Assembly: GCA_964583675.1 (NCBI GenBank)
Contig: CAZOVH010000002.1
Coordinates: 2,602 to 66,601 of the forward strand
Length of the DNA: 64,000 bases
Direction of reading: 5' to 3'
Origin: an uncultured Candidatus Saccharibacteria bacterium
GTDB taxonomy: Bacteria > Patescibacteriota > Saccharimonadia > CAILAD01 > GCA-016700035
The notes below the pieces were generated by a model, which worked only from the letters and a program-made list of their open reading frames with translations, searched no databases and was not told the DNA's origin. The translations under genes were made by a program, and so were the position numbers. Of the stretch, positions 9,220 to 19,598 are shown piece by piece. How positions within the stretch are numbered: position 1 is the first letter of the stretch; each line of letters opens with the position of its first letter.

Positions 9220-9947
9220 TCTGCTCCCTCCATCTGCACTACTCCTGATCCATCACATCTAAGATCAGGAGTGTAAAATATATGATCCGGTCTCGTATAG
9301 ATCGAGTCGATATTTGGCTTTGTGGCCTCAGATGACACATCTCTCACGTGTTTGGCTTTTAAATTTTGGAGAAATTGCTCTGGGTGATTGTGGTTCCAGT
9401 CTCCGCACATCACGAGTTTCGAATCCTCAAGTCCGCTAAGCGCATCATTGATATGATTTGAGAAAACCCTTAAGTCAGTCGCTTCGTATCTTAACCCAAA
9501 GGAATGAACGGGTAGCAAATGTGTATTTAATACATAAATACCATTTTCCATTTTAAGCAGCTGATACCCCTTGGGATGCTTTTCGGCTGGCCGTCCATCC
9601 TGAAAAAATAAGTCAAACGTAGGCTGCTCATAATAGGCCTCCGTATAATTTTGTGCTGCTAACCTTGAAAGCACAGAGATGCCTAACTTTTTCCCTAGCT
9701 CAATGTGTGAATTTGAAAGCTGAAAAACAGATACATGCGCGTAGTTTAGCTCCAGAGCTATTTGCTCAGCCTGATTGCCACCATCCCAGCAATGCACTTC
9801 TTGCAAACAAACAATATCCGCATCAATGTCATGTAACACACGAATAAACTGCCCTATGTCTAGTCTAGGGTCATCAACTGCACTTGGTTGCACATAACCC
9901 CCACCGATATTCCAAGTAACTATTTTTACCAAATTTAGCCCTCCCAT
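9183..9947 (-). CDS. endonuclease/exonuclease/phosphatase (EEP) family protein
   Basis: TWNI, CLQEV, NTHL, CGDWN, PDHIF, ADH motifs. Confidence 0.88.
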   Translation of the reverse strand: MGGLNLVKIVTWNIGGGYVQPSAVDDPRLDIGQFIRVLHDIDADIVCLQEVHCWDGGNQAEQIALELNYAHVSVFQLSNSHIELGKKLGISVLSRLAAQNYTEAYYEQPTFDLFFQDGRPAEKHPKGYQLLKMENGIYVLNTHLLPVHSFGLRYEATDLRVFSNHINDALSGLEDSKLVMCGDWNHNHPEQFLQNLKAKHVRDVSSEATKPNIDSIYTRPDHIFYTPDLRCDGSGVVQMEGADHKACWASISFE

Positions 9948-10960
9948 TTCTGCGGCAAGCGCAAATCGATACCCTCAAGAGGAGCTTCAGGGTCCAAGTC
10001 TACACACGCCTTAAAATCAGCTTCTAGCTTTTTTGCATCAAAGTCTGAGCCTATAAACACCATTTGTGTTTTCTTTGGCTCGTCTTTTTGCCAATTATCC
10101 CAAAAAAGCTCTGAGCGTGTACCAACCAACTGAAAAACATACTTACGATCATGCCCCTTACTGCCGAGGTCAAGAAAACCCTTAGCGCGATACACTGTCT
10201 TAGGTATTTTAGAATTCGCGAACTCCTGGAACTTCATTGGGTGCAACGGTTTATCAAGCGCAAGCGAGACGTGCTTGAACTGTTCATGAAAATGTTCGTG
10301 ATCGTGTCTATCTTCATGTACATGTTTTTCCACGTGTACTTCATCCCACACGCGGTCCGGGTCGGTGAGTAGGCGAATATCTACATCCGCTCGAACTGCC
10401 TCAAAAATTCGGGCTCGTGGATTTGTCATATCAATAAGCTGACGAATTTCCACGATACGCTCCTCGCGAACAGTATCAGTCTTATTAATGATCACAAAAT
10501 CGGTGAATTCAATTTGATCGGCTGCGTTCTTATGTTTCTGAGCGTTCTCAATCACATGTTCTGCATCGATTAATGTGACAATTGCATCCAGACGAACACC
10601 AATGCCGATCATGTCCCGCAGGTTTAATGCTAAATCTCGCGGTTCAGCCAAGCCAGAAGCCTCGATTACAATGAGATCAATATCGCTCCCTACATAGGCA
10701 AACTGGGCAATTGCTTCTTGTACGTCTAAAGTCTCCAAGGAACAGCAAATACAACCATTGGAGAGCTCAAGCTTAGTGTCCGTCTTGCCAGCAACAAGCT
10801 CCGAATCAATATTAATTGCACCAAAATCATTCACCACCACACCAATCTTTAAGCCGTGTGGCTCGGCGAGCAAGTGATTTACAAACGTTGTCTTGCCGCT
10901 TCCTAAAAAACCGGTAACTGCCAATATCGGAATCTTTTTTGATGCCTTCTTCTCAACCAT
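9935..10960 (-). CDS. COG0523/CobW family metal-chaperone GTPase
   Basis: GFLGSGKTT, NGCICC, EASG, NKTD, His-rich linker, RAKG. Confidence 0.93.
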   Translation of the reverse strand: MVEKKASKKIPILAVTGFLGSGKTTFVNHLLAEPHGLKIGVVVNDFGAINIDSELVAGKTDTKLELSNGCICCSLETLDVQEAIAQFAYVGSDIDLIVIEASGLAEPRDLALNLRDMIGIGVRLDAIVTLIDAEHVIENAQKHKNAADQIEFTDFVIINKTDTVREERIVEIRQLIDMTNPRARIFEAVRADVDIRLLTDPDRVWDEVHVEKHVHEDRHDHEHFHEQFKHVSLALDKPLHPMKFQEFANSKIPKTVYRAKGFLDLGSKGHDRKYVFQLVGTRSELFWDNWQKDEPKKTQMVFIGSDFDAKKLEADFKACVDLDPEAPLEGIDLRLPQKWEG

Positions 10961-11007
10961 GTATTGTTCCTCTTATGCTACAATTAATCTGATAGTATCT
11001 CGTAATT

Positions 11008-12708
11008 ATGCCTACCGCCAAACAGCCCAACAAACCCGCCCGACAATACGTGGATGAACTTACGTATCGCTCGCTCGTGCGCCTCAGTACTGCCTTTGAA
11101 GTACTCGGGCTTGTTATTGCACTCATGATACAGATATTTCTGCCATCAGCACAGCTTGCTCCTCAATATTCTATCCCAGCCGTAGCATTGCTGGCGATAG
11201 GCCTAGGCTATAACGCTTTTGTATGGAAGGGCTGGCACAACAAGCGACCACAACTAGCCCTGCAAATCGCCGTTCTGCCACCAATTATTTCAATCCAGAT
11301 AGCCGCAGCAGCAACTGGTGGTATCAATTCCGATTGGTATTACCTGTGGCTTATCGCCGTGGTATGCAGCGGTATCGCCGGTACTGTTGGCGCATATGTA
11401 GCAACACTTTTAACTACCACATTCTGGCTGTACAGCTGGCTCTTTACATCCTCTGGGGTCAGTCTCGAGGAGAGCTTCTTTAAGCTCATCGCGACGCTCA
11501 TTGGCATCGCTGCAGCATTTTTTATTGGCCGTGGCGTGAATCGCATGATTAAAACCATGCGTGTTGCGGAAGGGCTCACACGACAACTCGATGGCGCCGA
11601 GATGCGCACGCAACTGATGATGAGCTCGATTGCTGATATCGTGGTGGCAGTAGATACCGATCGCAAAGTAATTATCTTTAACGAAGCTGCTCAAGCCGCC
11701 ACTGGATGGGACCAAAATAGTGCCATGGGTGTGGACTACAATCTTATTTTTAAGCTAAAGGACCAAAATGATGCCGAGCTCACCGAAGCGACCGATCCGT
11801 TCTTGCAAGTTCTTAAAACTGGCCAGGCTCAATCCGTAGACAAATATTATATGCTCAACAAAAATAATCAAAAAATTTCATTTTCTATCACCATCGCACC
11901 GTCACTTGACTCAAAAGGCCAAACAAGCGGAGCCATAGCCATCTTTCACGACATTTCAGACCAGAAAGCCGTTGCCCGTGAGCGCAACGAGTTTATCTCG
12001 ACCGCTTCTCACGAGATGCGCACACCTGTAGCTGCAATTGAAGGCTACCTCTCTATGGCAATGAACCCAACTCTAGCGACGATTGATGAGCGTGCCAAAA
12101 CCTTTATCGGTAAGGCACACGACGCTAGCTTGCACCTTGGTAAGCTATTTCGCGACCTCTTATCAGTCACAAAAATTGAAGATAACCGTATGATTATTAA
12201 TCGCCGGCGCTTTAATATAACCGAGCTCATGAACCAAGTTGTGGGTGAGATGGAAATGATCGCGAAGAATAAGAGCATTAAGATTCTGACGCATTTTGAC
12301 AGCGGCGGACTTGGGCGACAGCTCGTGGTAGCACCAAGCTACGAGGTAAATGCCGACCCAGACCGCATACGGGAAGTTATCTCAAACCTCATCGATAATG
12401 CCATCAAATACTCTAAAGAAAGCACCACAATCGATGTCTCACTGAAAGCTGATAAAAAGTTTATTACCTTTTCGGTAACCGACATGGGTATTGGTATTAC
12501 GCCAGAAGACCAGAAACATCTTTTTCAAAAATTCTACCGGGTTAACAATTCATTTACACGCGATGTTGGCGGCACCGGTCTGGGCCTCTACATTGCCCGC
12601 AATCTCATAGAACAATTCGGCGGCAAAATCTGGGTAAATTCACAAGAGGGGAAGGGAAGTACTTTCTCCTTCACCTTACCGCTAGATGCCGATGGGGTAG
12701 GGGTATAA
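11008..12708 (+). CDS. membrane PAS sensor histidine kinase
   Basis: Multiple TMs, PAS, SHEMRTP H-box, NAIKY, DMGIG, GGTGLGL. Confidence 0.95.
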   Translation: MPTAKQPNKPARQYVDELTYRSLVRLSTAFEVLGLVIALMIQIFLPSAQLAPQYSIPAVALLAIGLGYNAFVWKGWHNKRPQLALQIAVLPPIISIQIAAAATGGINSDWYYLWLIAVVCSGIAGTVGAYVATLLTTTFWLYSWLFTSSGVSLEESFFKLIATLIGIAAAFFIGRGVNRMIKTMRVAEGLTRQLDGAEMRTQLMMSSIADIVVAVDTDRKVIIFNEAAQAATGWDQNSAMGVDYNLIFKLKDQNDAELTEATDPFLQVLKTGQAQSVDKYYMLNKNNQKISFSITIAPSLDSKGQTSGAIAIFHDISDQKAVARERNEFISTASHEMRTPVAAIEGYLSMAMNPTLATIDERAKTFIGKAHDASLHLGKLFRDLLSVTKIEDNRMIINRRRFNITELMNQVVGEMEMIAKNKSIKILTHFDSGGLGRQLVVAPSYEVNADPDRIREVISNLIDNAIKYSKESTTIDVSLKADKKFITFSVTDMGIGITPEDQKHLFQKFYRVNNSFTRDVGGTGLGLYIARNLIEQFGGKIWVNSQEGKGSTFSFTLPLDADGVGV

Positions 12709-12778
12709 CTTGCGCCATCTGGCTACATTCATCTAGAATAAGCGTAAGAAATTAGCAGACAACTAGAGAGGGAAATCC

Positions 12779-13216
12779 ATGACTAAAATTTTACTCGTCG
12801 AAGACGACGTTAACTTGCGAGATATTTACTTTGCTCGCTTTCAGGCAGAGGGCTACGAGCTTGCAGTCGCCTCGAACGGAGAAGAGGCGCTGGCAACAGC
12901 CGTAAAGGAAAAGCCAAATCTGATTATCCTAGATGTGATGATGCCGCGCATTTCAGGCTTTGATGTACTTGATATCCTGCGCTCAACACCAGAAACAGCC
13001 CACACCAAAGTAATTATGATGACAGCGCTATCCGAGCAGGCCGATAAAGACCGCGGCAAAAGCCTTGGCGTAGACGAATACCTCGTAAAAAGTCAGGTAA
13101 CCCTCGAAGACGTAGTTGCTACCGTAAAAAAGACACTTGGCAGTGAAGGTGGAGCAAAAGCAGCACCAGCTGACGGCACTGCGCCAAAAGACGAGACTAA
13201 GCCAACTGCTGCATAG
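12779..13216 (+). CDS. single-domain response regulator
   Basis: LLVEDD, LDVMMP, MTAL, YLVK; no output domain. Confidence 0.93.
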   Translation: MTKILLVEDDVNLRDIYFARFQAEGYELAVASNGEEALATAVKEKPNLIILDVMMPRISGFDVLDILRSTPETAHTKVIMMTALSEQADKDRGKSLGVDEYLVKSQVTLEDVVATVKKTLGSEGGAKAAPADGTAPKDETKPTAA

Positions 13217-13253
13217 CTTCGTTTTCAGATAACAATCTGGTAAAATAGGTGGC

Positions 13254-14573
13254 ATGAAAATAACACGTACTCTTGTACGCGACCTCGCCACACAAACTGA
13301 CAAAACGGTCACTATTCAAGGCTGGCTCCATAAGCGCCGATTGCTTGGTGGTTTAAATTTTATTGTAGTACGCGATCGCACAGGGATTGTTCAAATTTTG
13401 GTCGAAGAAAAAGCCGAAGTCGAAAAACTGCGCGGCCTGCAGGTAGGAACAGTACTGCAAGTAACAGGTGAAGTATGGAAAGACGATCGAGCACCTGGCG
13501 GTGTAGAAATTCACGAGCCTTCACTATTGGTTATGGTGCCCGTTATCGAAGAGCCAATTATTGAAATCGACAAGCCGATTAGTCACAAACCTGAACACCT
13601 AGAGACCCTATTTGATACTCGTGTAGTTGGTCTGCGCAATCTGCAAGAGCAAAAAATCTTTAAAATTCGTTCTGGCGTAAACGCCATTTTGCGTAACTAC
13701 CTCACAAGCCAAGAATATGTTGAAATCCAAACCCCCAAGCTGCTTGCCGAAGCAACTGAAGGGGGAGCTGAGGTTTTCAAATTAGACTATTTTGGAAAAG
13801 AAGCTACTCTAGCGCAAAGCCCACAGTTTTATAAGCAAATTATGGTAGGTGTTTTTGAGCGAGTTTTTGAGATTGGCCCGGTTTACCGCGCTGAGCCATC
13901 TGCCACCACGCGCCATGTCTCAGAAGTAACTATGCTCGACATCGAACTAGGATACATTACAAATCACAACGATGTACTCGAAGCCGTGCAAGCTATGACC
14001 CACAATGCCCTGACAGCAGTGTATGACCAGTTTGCAGACGAACTACGTAGCTTAAACGCACCGGCGCTGACGCTTACTGAGACATTCCCGCGCTATACCG
14101 TAGCTGAAGTACACGAACTCTACACCAAAGCCGGTAACGAAAGCACGGTTGGCGAAAAAGATCTGCGCCCAGACGAAGAACGCTTTATTTGCAACTACGC
14201 CAAAAAACATGATGGCTCCGAAGCCGTGTTTGTTACCGAGATGCCAATCGAAACACATAAGTTCTACCAAATGATTAACCCTGAAAATCCTCAGACGGTG
14301 CTCTCCGCAGACTTACTGTTTCGGGGTGTAGAAATTGCAACTTGCCCCATGCGCGAACACAACTACGATAAGCTTATCGCCCAGATGAAAGACAAAGGGC
14401 TAAATCCAAATGATGCTGGTTTTGCCCACTATTTAACTGCCTTTAAATTTGGCCTACCTCCGCACGGCGGCTGCGGCTTTGGCATTGATCGGTTCGTCGA
14501 AAAAATTATCGGCCTGGCTAACGTAAAAGAAGCCATCCTCTTCCCGCGCGATATTAACCGTCTAACTCCGTAA
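13254..14573 (+). CDS. aspS: aspartate--tRNA(Asp/Asn) ligase, short non-discriminating type
   Basis: OB-fold N-terminus, LAQSPQFYKQ, YRAEPS, GLPPHGG, LFPRD; 439 aa without GAD insert. Confidence 0.92.
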   Translation: MKITRTLVRDLATQTDKTVTIQGWLHKRRLLGGLNFIVVRDRTGIVQILVEEKAEVEKLRGLQVGTVLQVTGEVWKDDRAPGGVEIHEPSLLVMVPVIEEPIIEIDKPISHKPEHLETLFDTRVVGLRNLQEQKIFKIRSGVNAILRNYLTSQEYVEIQTPKLLAEATEGGAEVFKLDYFGKEATLAQSPQFYKQIMVGVFERVFEIGPVYRAEPSATTRHVSEVTMLDIELGYITNHNDVLEAVQAMTHNALTAVYDQFADELRSLNAPALTLTETFPRYTVAEVHELYTKAGNESTVGEKDLRPDEERFICNYAKKHDGSEAVFVTEMPIETHKFYQMINPENPQTVLSADLLFRGVEIATCPMREHNYDKLIAQMKDKGLNPNDAGFAHYLTAFKFGLPPHGGCGFGIDRFVEKIIGLANVKEAILFPRDINRLTP

Positions 14574-14603
14574 TAGCATAACTCTTTTCGGTATACTATA
14601 ACT

Positions 14604-15290
14604 ATGACCACCGCCCAAAATTACACTGTGGCGCTACCTCACTTTGAGGGGCCACTAGAGTTGTTGCTCAATTTAATCGAACGGCGTGAATTGGAGATTA
14701 CCGAATTATCCATTAGTCAGGTAACTGGCGACTATCTCGCTACCATTACCGCGCTCGAAAAAGCCCACTCCGATGACTTACGTTGGTTTTTAGACATCGG
14801 TAGCAAGCTTGTAGCATATAAGACTCAAGCCATTCGAAAAGAGCAAAGTGACTCTGAAGAAGACCTACGGAATCTTGCCGATCTGACAGGCGAGCTTGAG
14901 CGTTACCAAATGTGGCGTTTGGCCGCACACAAACTCCAAACCCTGCTTGGTAGCCCATTAGCTGTGCGACCAGCGCAACCAACACATAACAAAACTACAC
15001 CGAAGAATCTTAACTTAGCATCACTCACATCGGCCTGGCGCAGTATAGCGGCTCAAAAACCTCGCAAAACTGCCCCCGTGCACAGAATCTCTATTTCGCG
15101 AGCCGATATTCAGCGCACCATGCAAGCACTGCTATCTCGTATAACCACTCGGCAAAGCCTCGAGGAAACTGTTCGCTCAGATAGCAGACGGACCAAAACC
15201 CTGAGCCTTTTAGCACTATTAGAGCTCGTCAAACAAGATTTAGTTGAACTTGTATTTGATCAAGAGAAAACCTATGTCAAAGCAGCCTAG
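14604..15290 (+). CDS. scpA: segregation and condensation protein A
   Basis: FEGPLELLLNLI N-terminus and LALLELVK C-terminus. Confidence 0.9.
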   Translation: MTTAQNYTVALPHFEGPLELLLNLIERRELEITELSISQVTGDYLATITALEKAHSDDLRWFLDIGSKLVAYKTQAIRKEQSDSEEDLRNLADLTGELERYQMWRLAAHKLQTLLGSPLAVRPAQPTHNKTTPKNLNLASLTSAWRSIAAQKPRKTAPVHRISISRADIQRTMQALLSRITTRQSLEETVRSDSRRTKTLSLLALLELVKQDLVELVFDQEKTYVKAA

Positions 15291-15801
15291 CATCACACAG
15301 CACATCGAAGCAGCTTTGTTTGTAAGTAGCAGCCCGGTTTCCCCAGCGGAACTCGCAAAGAAACTCCACTTACAAAAAGAAGATGTGCAACTAGCGCTTG
15401 GAGAGCTTAAAAAAACACTGCATGACCGAGGTATTTGCCTCGTAAAGAGCAGTCATGGCTACGAACTGGCAGTCATACCACAGCTACGAGACACCATAGC
15501 TCCTTTCACCGGCGATAGCGCACCCATACTTTCGCAGTCAAGCTTAGAGGTCCTCACTATCATTGCCTACGAGGGGCCCTGCACAAAATCTATCATTGAT
15601 GATATTCGCGGCACCCCCAGTGATAACTCACTTCGCGCCTTACTGAGTCGCGATCTGGCAACCCAAATAAAACCCCGGGGCGATGAAGCGGGTATTCGCT
15701 ACGAACTGACCAGCTTTGCTTGGCGCAGCCTTGGCATAACTGGTCGAGATGCGCTACCACCAAAACCACGCACCAAAAATCGAGATAGCTATGCGTCTTA
15801 A
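15274..15801 (+). CDS. scpB: segregation and condensation protein B
   Basis: IEAALFVS, LSQSSLEVLTIIAY, IRG; follows scpA. Confidence 0.9.
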   Translation: MSKQPSITQHIEAALFVSSSPVSPAELAKKLHLQKEDVQLALGELKKTLHDRGICLVKSSHGYELAVIPQLRDTIAPFTGDSAPILSQSSLEVLTIIAYEGPCTKSIIDDIRGTPSDNSLRALLSRDLATQIKPRGDEAGIRYELTSFAWRSLGITGRDALPPKPRTKNRDSYAS

Positions 15802-16474
15802 TAAATGGCTCGTGCTCGCTGGGGCTGCCAGTTCTCGACGTAAAGCTGATGAGCTGATCGCGGCCGGAAAAATCCTCCGCAATGGCCACGTAGCCGAGGC
15901 CGGCGAGCAAGCCCTTACCAAAGACACCATCACGCTAGATGGAGAAAACCTACGCATTACTGCAGAAGCCCCGCGAATCATCGCTTTTTATAAACCGCGC
16001 GATGTAATCTCCTCGCATACTCGACAAGGCAAGCGTAACAAAATTGTGTTTGATTTTTTGCCGCTTGGTTGGCATCGCGATATTATTGTTGGTCGCCTAG
16101 ATCGCGACAGTGAAGGGCTCATGCTTCTCACAAATGATGGGGCCCTCGCGCATGAGCTGATGCACCCATCATTTGGCGTGCAGCGCGTCTATCAAGTTAC
16201 CACCAAGCAGCCTCTTACCGATAATGACCTGGATTTGCTAGTCAGCGGCATTGAGCTTGAAGACGGCACCAGCCGTGCAGTCAGTGCCACGCGCGACGGC
16301 GAGAGGCGTGTGCGCATCACCCTCGAAGAAGGCCGCAATCGGCAAATCCGACGTAGCCTTGATGCGCTTGACCACACAGTAACGCGCCTTGTGCGCATTC
16401 AGCATGGCCCTTATCAACTTGAAGACCTACAGCCAGGCGAATGGCGCGAAATAAGCTTAGAGAAAATATCATGA
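15791..16474 (+). CDS. rluB: RsuA/RluB family pseudouridine synthase
   Basis: MRLNKWL..SRRKADELI S4 domain, VGRLDRDSEGL, EGRNRQIRR; downstream of scpAB. Confidence 0.85.
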   Translation: MRLNKWLVLAGAASSRRKADELIAAGKILRNGHVAEAGEQALTKDTITLDGENLRITAEAPRIIAFYKPRDVISSHTRQGKRNKIVFDFLPLGWHRDIIVGRLDRDSEGLMLLTNDGALAHELMHPSFGVQRVYQVTTKQPLTDNDLDLLVSGIELEDGTSRAVSATRDGERRVRITLEEGRNRQIRRSLDALDHTVTRLVRIQHGPYQLEDLQPGEWREISLEKIS

Positions 16475-17346
16475 AGGAAATTTCTGCCGCGTTAATGTCA
16501 ATCAGTATTGCAGCACTCGGACTCTTGCCATTCACGCCAAACCCAAGTTCCACCGCAGTACAAACCGGCAATTACGCACCCGTCACCACCGAGCAAGCAC
16601 CGTCAGACTATAATGTAAATGCTCCATCTGCCTACATCGAAGACGCTCGCACAAGGGCAGTAATATTTGAAAAAACACCAGACGAAAAGCGACCAATTGC
16701 TAGCCTCACCAAACTCATGACTGTCTATCTGATTCTGCGTGATAAAAACCTCGACGATGTGGTTACAATCCCAAAAGATGCTTCATCGGTACAAGGTGGG
16801 GGATCGGCTGTGATCAACCTAGTTCCGGGCGATAAAATGACCGCTCGTCAGCTTGTGCAAGCAGCCCTCATACCTTCCGCTAATGATGCCGCCATCACAC
16901 TTGCAGTTTGGCATAGCGGCTCTGTAAATGAATTCGTTGCAAAGATGAACGATACAGCGCGAAGCCTCGGCATGGAGAGCACCAATTTCGAAAACCCCAC
17001 CGGCCTTGATACCGTTGGCCATGTTTCAACCGCTCAAGATTTAGCCTTACTCACACATTATTTGCTCGAAAATGATTTTTTCCGACAAACAGTAAGCACC
17101 GAGAGCGTCACCATTACATCCGAAAAAGGCCGGAGGTATCCTCTCAATACCACCAACGAGTTACTTCTCAATGCGCCTAGCGTGCGTGGTGTGAAAACTG
17201 GCTACACACAGACTGCTGGAGAATGCCTCGTAACTCTATCCGAACGGGAGGGAAGAGAGGTGATCACAGTGGTGCTTGGGAGCAGTGACCGTTTCGGAGA
17301 ATCAAGAAATATGATAAACTTGGCGTTCAGTTTAAATTATGAGTAA
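16471..17346 (+). CDS. dacA: D-alanyl-D-alanine carboxypeptidase (peptidase S11)
   Basis: Signal peptide, SLTK, SAN, NPTGL, KTG motifs. Confidence 0.88.
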   Translation: MKEISAALMSISIAALGLLPFTPNPSSTAVQTGNYAPVTTEQAPSDYNVNAPSAYIEDARTRAVIFEKTPDEKRPIASLTKLMTVYLILRDKNLDDVVTIPKDASSVQGGGSAVINLVPGDKMTARQLVQAALIPSANDAAITLAVWHSGSVNEFVAKMNDTARSLGMESTNFENPTGLDTVGHVSTAQDLALLTHYLLENDFFRQTVSTESVTITSEKGRRYPLNTTNELLLNAPSVRGVKTGYTQTAGECLVTLSEREGREVITVVLGSSDRFGESRNMINLAFSLNYE

Positions 17347-18679
17347 AACAACCCACATACCTGTCATTGCACTCGTCGGCGTACCGAATGTTGGTAAGTC
17401 GAGCTTAGTGAACCGACTTTTAGGCAGTCGAGCTACGATTATTCATGATCAAAGCCATACAACCCGAGACATAACTAGGCATATTGTCGAGTGGGAAGGG
17501 CGCACTGCCTACCTACAAGACACTCCAGGATTTGGCAGCACCAAAGATATCTTGACTCAAGCTGCACAAGGCCAACTTGCAGCATCACTGAAATCCGCTG
17601 ATCTCATCTTGTTTGTGGTAGATAGCACTCAAGCGCACATCACTGAGGCCGAAAAGAAACTCGCGCGCACCATCCGATCTCTAGATAAACCAACCTTTTT
17701 ACTCCTAAATAAATCGGACAAGACTCCAGTTGATACCAGTCATTTCCGGGCTCTTGGCATTGAAGACACACTATCAGTTTCCGCTAATCATGGTGAGGGA
17801 ATTGAAGAGCTTAAAATCCTTGTAGCAAAAAATCTCCCAACCTCTTCCAGTGGAGGGCAGGTGACTCCACACCTAAAAATAGCCATCCTTGGCCGCCCAA
17901 ACGTAGGCAAATCCAGCCTCATTAATAAACTCAGTGGCGAAGAAGCAGCCATCGTATCCGAAATCGCCGGCACCACCCGTGATCCGGTCAATATCACCAT
18001 TACTCACGAGGGCAAGCAGCTGCTTATTACAGATACAGCCGGACTGCGCAAACCAGGCAAAATTGGTCGCGATATCGAGTATTTTTCATTAGCCCGCACC
18101 CGCCAAGTCGTCAATGGTGCAGATGTATGCGTATTAATTGTGGACGCCACAGAAGCAGCAACCAGCCAAGACCAACGCATCGCCGGAATTATTCGCGAAT
18201 CTGGTAAAGGCCTCGTTCTCGCCGTAAATAAATCGGATGAGCTCACCGGAGAAGACCGTCAAAGCATGCGCCTGGAACGACGACTCCAGCGTGAATTCGA
18301 ATTTGTGTGGTGGGCACCGTATGTGCTTATTTCCGCCCAAACCGGCAAAAACCTCGACAAACTTATCGAGCAAATCTGTGAGGTTGGCGAAAAAACTCAG
18401 CAAAAACTCCGCACTAAGGAGATAAATGATGCGTTGCAGGCCGCTATGAGCTCCAAGCCACCAGCCGCAACCGGCAATTTGCGCCCTAAACTCAACTACG
18501 CCACTCAAACTGGCAATTTACCGCTTGAGATTACCATCTATGGCACGCATCCAGATGCCATCCACTTTAGTTATCGTCGTTATCTAGAAAACCAGTTACG
18601 CGAAAAATTCGATTTGCATGGTGTGCCCATAAAGCTTATCTTTAAGAGTAAGTATGGCCACAAACTCGACAACGACTAA
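17339..18679 (+). CDS. der: ribosome biogenesis GTPase Der
   Basis: Two G domains (GVPNVGKSS, GRPNVGKSS) plus C-terminal SYRRYLENQLR. Confidence 0.95.
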   Translation: MSKTTHIPVIALVGVPNVGKSSLVNRLLGSRATIIHDQSHTTRDITRHIVEWEGRTAYLQDTPGFGSTKDILTQAAQGQLAASLKSADLILFVVDSTQAHITEAEKKLARTIRSLDKPTFLLLNKSDKTPVDTSHFRALGIEDTLSVSANHGEGIEELKILVAKNLPTSSSGGQVTPHLKIAILGRPNVGKSSLINKLSGEEAAIVSEIAGTTRDPVNITITHEGKQLLITDTAGLRKPGKIGRDIEYFSLARTRQVVNGADVCVLIVDATEAATSQDQRIAGIIRESGKGLVLAVNKSDELTGEDRQSMRLERRLQREFEFVWWAPYVLISAQTGKNLDKLIEQICEVGEKTQQKLRTKEINDALQAAMSSKPPAATGNLRPKLNYATQTGNLPLEITIYGTHPDAIHFSYRRYLENQLREKFDLHGVPIKLIFKSKYGHKLDND

Positions 18680-19211
18680 ACCTCGACCAGCACTGATTGT
18701 AGGGCTGGGAAATCCAGGTAAAAAATATACGTATACCCGCCATAATGTTGGTTTCTTAGCGGTAGAAGCGCTCGCCAAGCAACATCATGCGAACTGGCAC
18801 GACAAACCCGCCTGGTGCGCTGAAGTAGCCGAGCTAGCCCCGCAGGTATTTGCAGTAAAACCCACCACCTATATGAACGAATCAGGAAGGGCAGTACGCG
18901 CGCTAGCCGACTACTACGACATTCCACAGAGTCACATCTGCCTAATCTATGACGATCGAGACCTGCCATTTGGCAAGCTGCGATGGACGAATGGCTTTCG
19001 CACTGGGGCCAGCCATAATGGAGTTCGATCCGTAGCCCAGCTAGTTGGTAAAAGCTTCTCCAGGCTTCGCTTTGGAGTAGGGAATGCGACTATGCATCAT
19101 ATGCCGCTCGATAAATTTGTCTTGCAAGAGTTCAATGCTTTTGAAAAATCTGTACTCGATGAACAAATTGCGCTCACCACGACCGAGCTGACCAGTCACT
19201 TCCAGCTATAA
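18654..19211 (+). CDS. pth: peptidyl-tRNA hydrolase
   Basis: LIVGLGNPG..YTRHNVGF, KPTTYMNESG, HNG. Confidence 0.95.
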   Translation: MATNSTTTKPRPALIVGLGNPGKKYTYTRHNVGFLAVEALAKQHHANWHDKPAWCAEVAELAPQVFAVKPTTYMNESGRAVRALADYYDIPQSHICLIYDDRDLPFGKLRWTNGFRTGASHNGVRSVAQLVGKSFSRLRFGVGNATMHHMPLDKFVLQEFNAFEKSVLDEQIALTTTELTSHFQL

Positions 19212-19274
19212 ACCGAGAGTATGCCACTCATGCTCGCTTTTTGTTCGCATTGTTTGCTACACTGGTTTTCAGAT

Positions 19275-19498
19275 AAATGAAAAGACCACACCAGTCGAAA
19301 CCAATGTGGACTTTTCATTTACCCCTTCCATATCACCATAAAGGATTTTGCGGCCGTCACTAAATATTCTATACAGCCGTGACTATGGAAGAGAGCGATC
19401 TGCTAACGCGGTTGAACCTAAAGGAGGGTGAGTTTTAGGATATGGCCCCGCAATTAGCAGATCGCTCGCTTCCAGAACAAAAGGTAAGTTGTTGCGGT
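19275..19498 (-). ncRNA. candidate structured small RNA antisense to the dprA leader
   Basis: TTGACA-17-TAGTAT promoter (19507-19535, minus), long hairpin GAGCGATCTGCTAA/TTAGCAGATCGCTC, UUCG terminator with G-U pairs at 19275-19320. Confidence 0.65.
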
Positions 19499-19558
19499 AC
19501 GGATGTATACTATCACGTTATGATAATTTTGTCAATAGTATTTGTCAGAGGAATTTAA
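19442..19558 (+). CDS. candidate 38-aa peptide with hydrophobic C-terminus
   Basis: MAPQLADRSLPEQKVSCCGTDVYYHVMIILSIVFVRGI preceded by AAAGGAGGGTGA. Confidence 0.35.
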   Translation: MAPQLADRSLPEQKVSCCGTDVYYHVMIILSIVFVRGI

Positions 19559-19598
19559 GTTTACAGAATATATGACAGATAATGCAAGCACTACTACT

